A DNA stretch of 63,917 nt, filler included, from Octopus bimaculoides (Eukaryota): assembly GCF_001194135.2 (NCBI RefSeq). It is 5 parts of 4 records of this genome, joined end to end, with 100 filler letters (N's around TTAATTAATTAA, not from the genome) between each part and the next. Parts side by side here need not be neighbours in the genome. Positions count along the whole stretch, not along the records: positions 37,083 to 55,450 come from NC_069007.1; 4 more parts are not named here. One strand, 5' to 3'. Under the pieces are notes generated by a model. That model searched no databases. It saw nothing but the letters and a program-made list of their open reading frames with translations, and had not been told where the DNA came from. This document shows positions 38,370 through 49,254 of this stretch, piece after piece. A program made the translations under genes and the position numbers. Positions within the stretch are counted from its first letter, which is position 1. Each line of letters starts with the position of its first letter.

Positions 38370-38582
38370 TGAATGTGTCTTTGTGTCTGTCACACCACTA
38401 CTGCTGGTGCATGTTTACATCGCCGTAACTTAGCAGCTTGGCAAAAGAGACTGAGAGAATAAGTACCAATCTTAACAAAACATAAGTATAGGGTCGATTC
38501 ATTCGACTAAAAATTCTTTAAAGTGGTGCCCCAGAATAGCTGCAGTCTAATGACTGAAACAAGTAAAAGATAAGAGACAAAT
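38370..38582 (+). mobile_element. SINE family A, 3' half
   Basis: cgtaacttagcagcttggcaaaagagactga...gtggtgccccagaatagctgcagtctaatgactgaaacaagtaaaag. Confidence 0.8.
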
Positions 38583-38617
38583 AACTGCAGAGGAATGAGA
38601 TAACTAATTATACTTAC

Positions 38618-38690
38618 ATTTAGATTGTTCAGCGACATGTTACTGGAGCTGAATCTGCGAATCTTCGATTCTTGTTTTATCAAGGATGGA
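38618..38690 (-). CDS. FAM122A: FAM122/PABIR-family protein, coding exon 2
   Basis: ctttcaatgcag | (S)PSLIKQESKIRRFSSSNMSLNNLN | GTAAGT; 73 nt, phase 2 to 0, fitting both flanking exons. Confidence 0.8.
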
Positions 38691-38989
38691 CTGCATTGAA
38701 AGATAAACAATAGAAGATATAAACATCATCGTCATCATCATTTTTCATGCACTTTCTATATCAGCATTTGTTGAACAGTTCCACAGGATTCACCCAATCA
38801 GGGAACCACATCTTGTTACAAACACAAACGTACACAATCAAGCACCCAGTAGACTGGGTAAGGTGGTTGTAAGTTCTAAAACTTTACAGCAGCAACCATA
38901 AAAATAAGCACAATGAAAGGTAGGTCTAGTGAGATTGTGGAGATGCTAGAGTAGAGCTCAGTGTATGTGTGCTGTGTGCAAGAGGTAAG

Positions 38990-40505
38990 ATGGAAGGGAT
39001 CCTCAACTAAACCAGTACCAATTCTTCTTGGTAAGTAATAATGGCAACAGGAGTGGAGTAGGCATGCTCTTAGCTGAGAAATAGATAGATGAAGTAATTG
39101 AAGTAGAGACGGTGTATGATAGGATAATTAAGATGAGACTAGTTATAGGCAACTCAACAGAGGCATATTTCTGCATATGCCCCACAGGTAAAATTGACAG
39201 AAACATAGATGGACTGCTTCTATGAACCCTTCTGCAGACAGCGTCAGTGGTGATTGACAGCAACTTCATTACTGAAGCTTGTGACTTCAATGATCATGCT
39301 GTCAAACACAAGTATGGCTTCTATAACATACACGGAAGCTACTGGTATGGTTCAAGAAATAAGAAGGATGTAAAGGCTCTTGGAGTTCTGTAATGCAATT
39401 AAAATAACTATTTGCAACATGCTTTTTTAAGAAACCAGGCAATCACCTCTGTACCTCCTAGTCTGGTGAGCACAAGTCACATAGATTACATTCTCCCCAG
39501 GAGATGAGACAGAAGGGCTGTAGTAAATACCAAAACTGCTCCTGACAAAGATTGCATCCAACAACATAAATTAGCAGCTTCAGAACCAGAACTAAGTGGA
39601 CACAGAAACAGAAACCAATATGGAAAGTAAAAACGTCCCACAGTTGGGGATTGGTTCAGGGAAATTCTACTCAACTCACATGACTGTAGAGAGAAAGATC
39701 TCAATACTTGTGGCATAGATGACAACTGGGACTTTCTATGAAATAACCTGCTTCGGGTTACAGATCTGACATGTGGCTGGGGCAAAGTTCTAATCAAAGC
39801 AAAGGTTTGTAAAGCCTGACAGGAAGATGCTAGTAGGAAGCATTATCAAAAAGCTAGAAGAACAGTTAGATAAGAAATATATTTGGCTAAAAGTGAGGCA
39901 GAAGGGAAGAGTCTTGTACAAATCCTACAATTTTCCACATTCTGATGGTGCGAAGGGAAGATTGTATGGCACTTGTGCCAGAACTGTGATGCAGCGTGGT
40001 ATTGAGATATGGGCCATGAATGCAGAAAACTCGAGAAGGTTGAAAAGAAATGAGGTTAGCATGCTCTGTTGGATGTGCATGAACAGCAAAGTACAGATGT
40101 GTTGAGAGAAAAACTGGGCAGAAGAGGGATCAGGGATCAGATGTAGTGTGCAAGAAAGAAGACTATGCTAAAATGAACGTGATGTGTATGGATGAAGACA
40201 AGTCTATAAAGAAGAGCCAATCCTTAAATGCCCCTGCCACTCTCATAATTCCTTGTCTTGCTGGTGCCATGTAAAAAGCATCCAACTATAAAAATCATGC
40301 CAGAACTAACTTTGCCTGTGGTAGTGTCATGTAAAGAGCACCGAGTCCAATCTTCAGAGTGGTTGGTGTTAGGAAGGGCATCTAGCCGTAAAAACCCTGC
40401 TAAAACAGACGCAGTAGTATGGGGTACTTCTTCTACCTGGCCAGCTCCTGTGAACTGTCCTACCCATGCATACATGGAAGATGGACATTAAATGATTATG
40501 ATGGT
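38990..40505 (+). mobile_element. RTE-like LINE relic: APE endonuclease joined to the C-terminus and 3' UTR, RT deleted
   Basis: Degraded GVGMLLAEK, DRIIKMRL, AYAPQV, DFNDH, LLEFC and IDYIL motifs, then LYGTCARTVMQRGIE.WAM...RRLKRNEVSMLCWMC; ends with a gat-rich tail. Confidence 0.8.
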
Positions 40506-40519
40506 GAGATATATATATA

Positions 40520-40730
40520 TATATATAGCTCAAATTTACAGAAAACAAAAGACGAAGACAGCTGAACAAACAACAAGCAGGTGTATTAGTTTAATGCTCA
40601 GGAAGAACGGAAAAGTCTTTGACATTTCAAAGTCTTTGACATGTCAAAGAGTTTGACGTGTCAAAGAGCCAACGCTTTTTAACAGAAAGGATTAAGAAGA
40701 AAAGAAACAGAGATAGGAAAAAATGTGTAG
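40520..40730 (-). mobile_element. Degenerate Penelope-type 3'-end repeat
   Basis: Reverse complement of the 3065-3243 family with a local tandem expansion of (aaagtctttgac)-like units. Confidence 0.55.
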
Positions 40731-40774
40731 GGATTAACAGTTCAACATGATAAAAAATATATATCTAATTCTGC

Positions 40775-40886
40775 CAAATTAGATTGGAGCCTGGTGTTGC
40801 CATCCGGTTTCACCAGTCCTCAGTCAAATCGTCCAACCCATGCTAGCATGGAAAGCGGACGTTAAACGATGATGATGATGATGATG
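40775..40886 (+). mobile_element. Family E (RTE-type 3' end with (GAT)n tail)
   Basis: ccagtcctcagtcaaatcgtccaacccatgctagcatggaaagcggacgttaaacgatgatgatg; reverse complement of about 43800-43910. Confidence 0.85.
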
Positions 40887-40974
40887 AATTCTGTAAATGA
40901 CAATAATATTTTATAAGCTTAAAACTTATATGTGATCACTGCTTTTCAAATCATTGCAGAAAACACACATGCTT

Positions 40975-41395
40975 GTTTGTTCTTTACTTCTTTCAGTCCT
41001 TTGACTGTGGCCATGCTGGAGCACCACCTTTAATTGTGCAAATCGATCTAAGGACTTATCCCTTGTAAGCTTAGTACTTATTCTATCAGTCTCTATTGCC
41101 AAACTGGTAAGTTCTGGGGACGTAAACACACCAACATCAATTGTCAAGTGATGGTGGGGTAATAAACACAGACACAACTACACACACACATATATATATA
41201 TGATAGGCTTCTTTCAGTTTCCGTCTACCAAATCCACTCACAAGGCTTTGGTCAGCCCGAGGCTATTGCAGAAGACACTNNNNNNNNNNCGAGGCTATTG
41301 CAGAAGACACTTGCCCAAGGTGCCACGCAGTGGGACTGAACCCAGAACCATGTGGTTGGGAAGTAAGCTTCTTACCACATGGCCACTCCTGCACC
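40975..41395 (-). mobile_element. SINE family A, full length
   Basis: Tail to head present; the 10-N gap at 41280 has duplicated flanks. Confidence 0.85.
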
Positions 41396-41654
41396 TTGCT
41401 TTAAGTGGGTACATGTGTGTAAATAGCAGCTCACTTACCGTGAATATATAGAGGTGTGGGTTCAAGTCCCATGCGTACAGAAAACCCACTTTTTTTCCAT
41501 CAAGGGCTTATATACCCCAATATTAGACTATTTTCTTTAGTCAATACACGGTGGTCACTTATAAGCTTAAGCTTATGAAATATTATTATTTACAGAATTG
41601 TCACTCATCATCACTTCTCAAATCATTGCAGAAAGCATATATGCATATATACAT

Positions 41655-41718
41655 ACATCATCATCATCATCGTTTAACGTCCGCTTTCCATGCTAGCATG
41701 GGTTGGACGATTTGACTA
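41655..41718 (-). mobile_element. Family E 3' tip
   Basis: catcatcgtttaacgtccgctttccatgctagcatgggttggacgatttgact. Confidence 0.8.
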
Positions 41719-41720
41719 CA

Positions 41721-41754
<34 letters not shown>

Positions 41755-42987
41755 NNNNNNNNNNNNNNNNNNNNNNNNNNNNNNNNNNNNNNNNNNNNNN
41801 NNNNNNNNNNNNNNNNNNNNNNNNNNNNNNNNNNNNNNNNNNNNNNNNNNNNNNNNNNNNNNNNNNNNNNNNNNNNNNNNNNNNNNNNNNNNNNNNNNNN
41901 NNNNNNNNNNNNNNNNNNNNNNNNNNNNNNNNNNNNNNNNNNNNNNNNNNNNNNNNNNNNNNNNNNNNNNNNNNNNNNNNNNNNNNNNNNNNNNNNNNNN
42001 NNNNNNNNNNNNNNNNNNNNNNNNNNNNNNNNNNNNNNNNNNNNNNNNNNNNNNNNNNNNNNNNNNNNNNNNNNNNNNNNNNNNNNNNNNNNNNNNNNNN
42101 NNNNNNNNNNNNNNNNNNNNNNNNNNNNNNNNNNNNNNNNNNNNNNNNNNNNNNNNNNNNNNNNNNNNNNNNNNNNNNNNNNNNNNNNNNNNNNNNNNNN
42201 NNNNNNNNNNNNNNNNNNNNNNNNNNNNNNNNNNNNNNNNNNNNNNNNNNNNNNNNNNNNNNNNNNNNNNNNNNNNNNNNNNNNNNNNNNNNNNNNNNNN
42301 NNNNNNNNNNNNNNNNNNNNNNNNNNNNNNNNNNNNNNNNNNNNNNNNNNNNNNNNNNNNNNNNNNNNNNNNNNNNNNNNNNNNNNNNNNNNNNNNNNNN
42401 NNNNNNNNNNNNNNNNNNNNNNNNNNNNNNNNNNNNNNNNNNNNNNNNNNNNNNNNNNNNNNNNNNNNNNNNNNNNNNNNNNNNNNNNNNNNNNNNNNNN
42501 NNNNNNNNNNNNNNNNCACATCTCATCAAGCTACTTTTTTTTCGCGTTTTCTGTTTTCGTTTCTCATTGTGTTTAACGTTTTTTGTGATGTCCTGTACGC
42601 ATGTATGTATACATATAAGATGTAGGTATGTACATATATGTATGGATATATGCATATATTTATATATTATTTATGTTATTATATGATCGAACACCACGCA
42701 CCCATCTCCAAGTAAGTTTTATCTATATATATACATATATTTAACAAAGACTTTCTTTCACCTGAGGATGTAGCTTAAATTCTGCATTATTTTGAAGGAT
42801 CTTTTGCATTTTGCATTAATGCAGACATGTAAGTAATTTAATTATTATCAAATATAATAATATAAATGATTTTAAGTTACGAAACAATTTGTTATGACAT
42901 TAGAATTTTCTTGTTAAATAAAATTTCATCAAGCTATTTCTGTCATTTATGACTTCATATATAAAAAATCAAAGAAATTATACATAC

Positions 42988-43121
42988 CTGTAGTCAACAG
43001 CCGACACAGTCAGAACATTTATCATGGGGGCACTGTTTGAGCGTTTCAGGCCTCCAGTGCCACAACTGCTGGTCCCTACTGTCGAGGGACAGCTACTCAC
43101 AGATGGAGGATCGACTTCCAT
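42988..43121 (-). CDS. FAM122A: FAM122/PABIR-family protein, first coding exon
   Basis: ATG at 43121 with an in-frame TGA two codons upstream; MEVDPPSVSSCPSTVGTSSCGTGGLKRSNSAPMINVLTVSAVDY+AG | GTATGT; matches the human FAM122A pattern MELD...GGGLRRSNSAPLI; phase 2. Confidence 0.85.
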
Positions 43122-43538
43122 TGTTCACCAGATGTAGATTATATAATTACAAATATATGCATGTAAATACATACAGATATATGAGTCTATTTACATATAT
43201 GTCTGTATACGTTGATACATATATATATGTTTGTGTGTATGTGCACGTGCATGTGTGTTTTATGCTTGTATGTGAGGTTGTGTATAAGATTGTCTCATGA
43301 GTGGCAAAAAGATGTCCAAATCGGTCAACAGGCTACTGACTTGGCAGCAGTCACTGTTGCTCCACCTGTACCCAGTTGTACAGCTAGCCAGGTACAAACA
43401 GGTAAATATCCATCATCATTGCAACAAGCTGCAGTACAATGCAGTGTTGTTGGTACACAGTCTGTAGTGGTGGTCACTATATATATATATATATATAAAT
43501 GTGTGCCCTTGCAGTAGATCGAGTGGATTGTTGCTGCA
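43122..43538 (-). other. Probable 5' UTR portion of the first coding exon
   Basis: Strong acceptor ttgtcttttcttctttttcag at 43560-43539; no comparable acceptor closer to the ATG. Confidence 0.4.
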
Positions 43539-43789
43539 CTGAAAAAGAAGAAAAGACAATCTGGTAAAGGTTTGTCACATAAGTGTGTGCAGAAGAGAGA
43601 GAGAGAGAGAGGTACAGAGAAAGAGGGACACTGAGAGACAGACAGACAGATAGAGAGAAAGGTAGACAAACACCGAAGAAGATAATATAACAGAGATGAT
43701 CACTTTTAATGGTCACATGATGTCTGGACAAGAGTAGACACAAATACATATACACAGACACGTGTGTGTGTGTGTGTGTGTGCGTGCGC

Positions 43790-44820
43790 ACATCATCATC
43801 ATCATCCTCATCATCATCGTTTAACGTCCACTTTCCATGCTAGCATGGGTTGGACGATTTGACTGAGGACTGGTGAAACCAGATGGCTACACCAGGCTCC
43901 AATCTGATTGGGCAGAGTTTCTACAGCTGGATGCCCTTCCTAACGCCAACCACTCCAAGAGTGTAGCGGGTGCTTTTATGCGCCACTGGCACGAAGGCCA
44001 GTCAGGCGGTACTGGCAATGGCCACGCTCAAAATGGTGTATTTTATGTGCCACCCGCACAAGAGCCAGTCCAGGGGCACTGGTAACGATTTCACTCGAAA
44101 ATCCTACGAAGGCCAGTCAGTCNNNNNNNNNNCATCATCATCCTCATCATCATCGTTTAACGTCCACTTTCCATGCTAGCATGGGTTGGACGATTTGACT
44201 GAGGACTGGTGAAACCAGATGGCTACACCAGGCTCCAATCTGATTGGGCAGAGTTTCTACAGCTGGATGCCCTTCCTAACGCCAACCACTCCAAGAGTGT
44301 AGCGGGTGCTTTTATGCGCCACTGGCACGAAGGCCAGTCAGGCGGTACTGGCAATGGCCACGCTCAAAATGGTGTATTTTATGTGCCACCCGCACAAGAG
44401 CCAGTCCAGGGGCACTGGTAACGATTTCACTCGAAAATCCTACGAAGGCCAGTCAGTCGGTACTGGCAATGGCCACGCTCAAAATGGTGTATTTTATGTG
44501 CCACCAGCACAAGAGCCAGTCCAGGCGCACTGGCAATGATCTCGCTCGAAAACCCTACGAAGGCCAGTCAGGCGGTACTGGCAATGGCCACGCTGAAAAT
44601 GGTGTATTTTACGTGCCACCCGCACAAGAGCCAGTCCAGGCGCACTGGCAACGATCTCGCTCGAAAATCCTACGAAGACCAGTCAGGCGGTACTGGCAAC
44701 GGCCACGCTCAAAATGGTGTATTTTATGTGCCACCTGCACAAGAGCCAGTCCAGGGACACTGGCAACGATCTCGCTCGAAAATCCTACGAAGGCCAGTTA
44801 GGCGGTACTGGCAACAGCCA
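43790..44820 (-). mobile_element. Family E element with internal 115-bp VNTR, 3' part duplicated across a 10-N gap
   Basis: (CAT)n tail, RTE-type 3' end, then units starting at 44328, 44443, 44558, 44673 and 44788. Confidence 0.85.
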
Positions 44821-45501
44821 CGAGTATGTATTTTTGAAATACTAGAGCAGGAGATAGCTACACAACATTTAATTACCAAAAAAGACAGCAAAACTCTTAA
44901 ACCCCCAAGATGCAACAGTAAATGCTGTTAATGCCATTCTTCAGTGGAGGGCACAACACATGTAAATCATTCGTCAGCACTCAGTATCCGTTTTCCAAAC
45001 TAGCATGGGTTGGACAAATTCAATAGGAACTGACCAACCAGAGGACCATTGGAGGAGGTGACCTTATGCCTGGAGATTTTATATATATACATATATACAT
45101 ATATATATAAAATTCGATTAGAGGTTATGTTAGCCTCATGAAGGGATGGTGTTATCCAAGGAAATACTGGTTCAATACCTAATATTTGGGGGGGGGGGGT
45201 TGATTTGCTTAATATAATATATATGTGTGTGTGTATCATCATCATCATCATCNNNNNNNNNNNNNNNNNNNNNNNNNNNNNNNNNNNNNNNNNNNNNNNN
45301 NNNNNNNNNNNNNNNNNNNNNNNNNNNNNNNNNNNNNNNNNNNNNNNNNNNNNNNNNNNNNNNNNNNNNNNNNNNNNNNNNNNNNNNNNNNNNNNNNNNN
45401 NNNNNNNNNNNNNNNNNNNNNNNNNNNNNNNNNNNNNNNNNNNNNNNNNNNNNNNNNNNNNNNNNNNNNNNNNNNNNNNNNNNNNNNNNNNNNNNNNNNN
45501 N

Positions 45502-45537
<36 letters not shown>

Positions 45538-45556
45538 TGTGTGTATGTGTGTAAAG

Positions 45557-45885
45557 GCACATGGCTCAGTAGATAGAGTGTCGGGTTCACAATCATGAAG
45601 TAGTGAGTGCGATTTCCGGACCAGGTTTTGTGTTGAGTTCTTGAGCAAGACACTTTATTTCACGTTGCTCCAGTTCACTCATTTGTAGAAATGAGTTGCG
45701 ACGTCACAGGTGCCATGCTGCATCGGCCTTTGCTTTTCCCTTGGATAACATCAGTAGCGTGGAAAAAGAAAGGTGGTATGCATGGGCGACTGCTGATCTT
45801 CCATAAACAACCTTGCCCAGACTTGTGCCTGGGAGGGCAACTTTCTAAGTGCAATCCCATGGTCAGTCATGACCAAAGGGTGTCT
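45557..45885 (+). mobile_element. SINE family C, full length
   Basis: ggcacatggctcagtagatagagtgtc...gagtgcgatttccgg tRNA-like head; ttgagcaagacactttatttcacgttgctccag core; aligns with 54372-54705. Confidence 0.85.
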
Positions 45886-45954
45886 TTATCCTTACCCATT
45901 ATGTGTGTGTGTGTGTATGTGTCTGTGTGTGTATGTGTCTGTGTGTGGTGTGTC

Positions 45955-46160
45955 TTGTCTTTAACATGTTTTAGTCATTTAGACTGTGGCCATGCTGGGG
46001 CACTGTCTAGAAGAATTTTAGTCAAACAGATCAATGCCAGTACTCATTTTTTTAAAGCATGGTACTTGTTCTATCAGTCACTTTCTACTGAACTGCTAAG
46101 TTACAGGAACATAAACACACCAACACTGATTTGTCAAGCAGTGGTGTCAACAAATAGATA
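45955..46160 (-). mobile_element. SINE family A, 3' half
   Basis: gtcatttagactgtggccatgctggggcac...gaactgctaagttacaggaacataaacacacc. Confidence 0.75.
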
Positions 46161-46220
46161 CAAACACACACACGTGTATGTGTGTGTGTATATGTATGTA
46201 TGTATATATATATACATATA

Positions 46221-46273
<53 letters not shown>

Positions 46274-47752
46274 NNNNNNNNNNNNNNNNNNNNNNNNNNN
46301 NNNNNNNNNNNNNNNNNNNNNNNNNNNNNNNNNNNNNNNNNNNNNNNNNNNNNNNNNNNNNNNNNNNNNNNNNNNNNNNNNNNNNNNNNNNNNNNNNNNN
46401 NNNNNNNNNNNNNNNNNNNNNNNNNNNNNNNNNNNNNNNNNNNNNNNNNNNNNNNNNNNNNNNNNNNNNNNNNNNNNNNNNNNNNNNNNNNNNNNNNNNN
46501 NNNNNNNNNNNNNNNNNNNNNNNNNNNNNNNNNNNNNNNNNNNNNNNNNNNNNNNNNNNNNNNNNNNNNNNNNNNNNNNNNNNNNNNNNNNNNNNNNNNN
46601 NNNNNNNNNNNNNNNNNNNNNNNNNNNNNNNNNNNNNNNNNNNNNNNNNNNNNNNNNNNNNNNNNNNNNNNNNNNNNNNNNNNNNNNNNNNNNNNNNNNN
46701 NNNNNNNNNNNNNNNNNNNNNNNNNNNNNNNNNNNNNNNNNNNNNNNNNNNNNNNNNNNNNNNNNNNNNNNNNNNNNNNNNNNNNNNNNNNNNNNNNNNN
46801 NNNNNNNNNNNNNNNNNNNNNNNNNNNNNNNNNNNNNNNNNNNNNNNNNNNNNNNNNNNNNNNNNNNNNNNNNNNNNNNNNNNNNNNNNNNNNNNNNNNN
46901 NNNNNNNNNNNNNNNNNNNNNNNNNNNNNNNNNNNNNNNNNNNNNNNNNNNNNNNNNNNNNNNNNNNNNNNNNNNNNNNNNNNNNNNNNNNNNNNNNNNN
47001 NNNNNNNNNNNNNNNNNNNNNNNNNNNNNNNNNNNNNNNNNNNNNNNNNNNNNNNNNNNNNNNNNNNNNNNNNNNNNNNNNNNNNNNNNNNNNNNNNNNN
47101 NNNNNNNNNNNNNNNNNNNNNNNNNNNNNNNNNNNNNNNNNNNNNNNNNNNNTATATATAGCATGTCATACACCAATATATACACATATATGTATGATGA
47201 CGGACAGACACACTCACATACATATACGTTTATATAAGACATACATAGTGTATATACACACATAAATATACGTATATGAGTGTATATGTACACATGAAAA
47301 TATAATGTATTTGTGCATGTATGTAGATACATACATACACAAATGTATGTATATATATATATATAGGCAAATATAAGTATACTCATATGTACACACCCAC
47401 ACACAAATATATATATATATATATCTATGTAAACGTACAATATATATATATATATATATACACACTCATAGACTTCTACTCTGTAGTATATTATACACAA
47501 GATATCTACATACATCTAGATACAATTCATAATTAGCTAGACACGAAAATGCAGGCCTTTCAGTACATCTTGCAGGACCGTCCGTACGAAAAATAACTTG
47601 CAAGTATTTCTGAGATCTATTTCTCATGTTTGGAAGATTAGGTGTACTTTATATATCATTCATACATTATATATATATATATATATATATATAAACACAC
47701 ACACACACACACATATATATATATGTATAAACACATACATATATACACATAC

Positions 47753-47786
<34 letters not shown>

Positions 47787-48416
47787 GGTAGGTAGGTAGG
47801 TAAATAGAAAGACAAATCGCTCGCTACAATGTATATTCAGTGTTTTGTGTGGGTGTTAAATGTATGATTTATACGAATGAATGTATATACATATGTATAT
47901 GTGTATATATATATGTATATCTATATATATAAATGTATGGATATACATACATAGATATTATACGTATATATATGTATATAAAGATATATCACGAGCAAAT
48001 GAAGGTGACTGTACGTGGTGGCTCTACCTGTTAGAAATAGCAGTTAAATCTCACAGAAATCCCCCTCAAAAAAGACCACATTATCATTATATGATAATGA
48101 AGGCTTGGTATACCTTTAAAAAAAATATATATATATACATTTAAAGGGCTGATCACAGCTGGAATGTCTCTGATCATGGGTTTGTCCGCTTGAATCCCGA
48201 CTGACTTGGGGTTAAGTAATAACAACATCGATGTATAATATGTATGTATATTTATATATACTAACCGTTTGTTAAATTGAGGGTTTAATTTCTCCTTTTT
48301 CTTTCTTCCTTCCCTTGTCTTCTTTTGACTTCCTTTTCTCTTCTTTTCTTTCTTCTTTCTCTCCTTTCTTTTTTAACATGAATCTATACTCACGTCTATA
48401 TATATATGTATCTATA

Positions 48417-48449
<33 letters not shown>

Positions 48450-48451
<2 letters not shown>

Positions 48452-48575
48452 GTAGGTGTATAAATGTAATATAGGTATACTATTGTGTATGTATGTATGT
48501 ATCTGTGAATGTGTGTGTGTTTGTGCCTATAAATGTAAGTATATATGTGTATATATAAATATATGAGTGTGTGAG

Positions 48576-48614
<39 letters not shown>

Positions 48615-48893
48615 GTATGTATGTATATGTAGGTGTATAAATGTAATATAGGTATACTATTGTGTATGTATGTATCTGTGAATGTGTATGTGTGTGTTTG
48701 TGCCTATAAATGTAAGTATATATGTGTATGAGTGTGTGTGAGTATATATATGTGTGTGTATGTATATGTATGTATGTATATGTAGGTGTATAAATGTAAT
48801 ATAGGTATACTATTGTGTATATATGTATCTGTGAATGTGTGTGTGTGTGTGTGNNNNNNNNNNTGTGTTTGTGCCTATAAATGTAAGTATATA

Positions 48894-48900
<7 letters not shown>
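48450..48900. repeat. Higher-order tandem repeat of microsatellite-derived units (about 155-175 bp, 3-4 copies)
   Basis: atgtaggtgtataaatgtaatataggtatactattgtg recurs at about 48450, 48627 and 48780; tgtttgtgcctataaatgtaagtatata occurs three times. Confidence 0.8.
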
Positions 48901-48924
<24 letters not shown>

Positions 48925-49254
48925 GAGTGTGTGTGTGAGTATATATATATATGTGTGTGTGTGTGTATGTGCTTGTGTGTGTGTGTGTGTGTTTGTGGCT
49001 AAGTGTTATCTAGAATCCTATCTAGAAGAAAGAGTAATCCCTGTTCGCCACCACAGCCACCGCCTCCACCGCACCAGCCTCCTCCGACACCGCCTCCACC
49101 ACAGATCTGATCCCTAATTTTGTTGTTGCTGCTGTTGTTGTTGTTGCTATTGTTGCTTGCTTTAAGTCCCGCGTCCATCTCATCTTCGTCGCCTCTTGCT
49201 GCCTTCTTTTTGCATCTGTCAACTCCATACTTTAATAGCTTCCATCTTTGTCCG

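Noticed and set aside
43790-44450. Apparent tandem duplication of the family E 3' end
   Set aside because: About 320 identical bases flank a 10-N gap; other 10-N gaps (41280, 48854) also have duplicated flanks, indicating unmerged contig overlaps.
44328-44820. CRISPR-like array
   Set aside because: Whole units repeat with no unique spacers, the context is eukaryotic, and there are no cas genes.
43873-44931. Repeated peptides (GQSGGTGNGHAQNGVFYVPPAQEP) as a repeat protein
   Set aside because: The 115-bp unit shifts frame in each copy; it is a non-coding VNTR.
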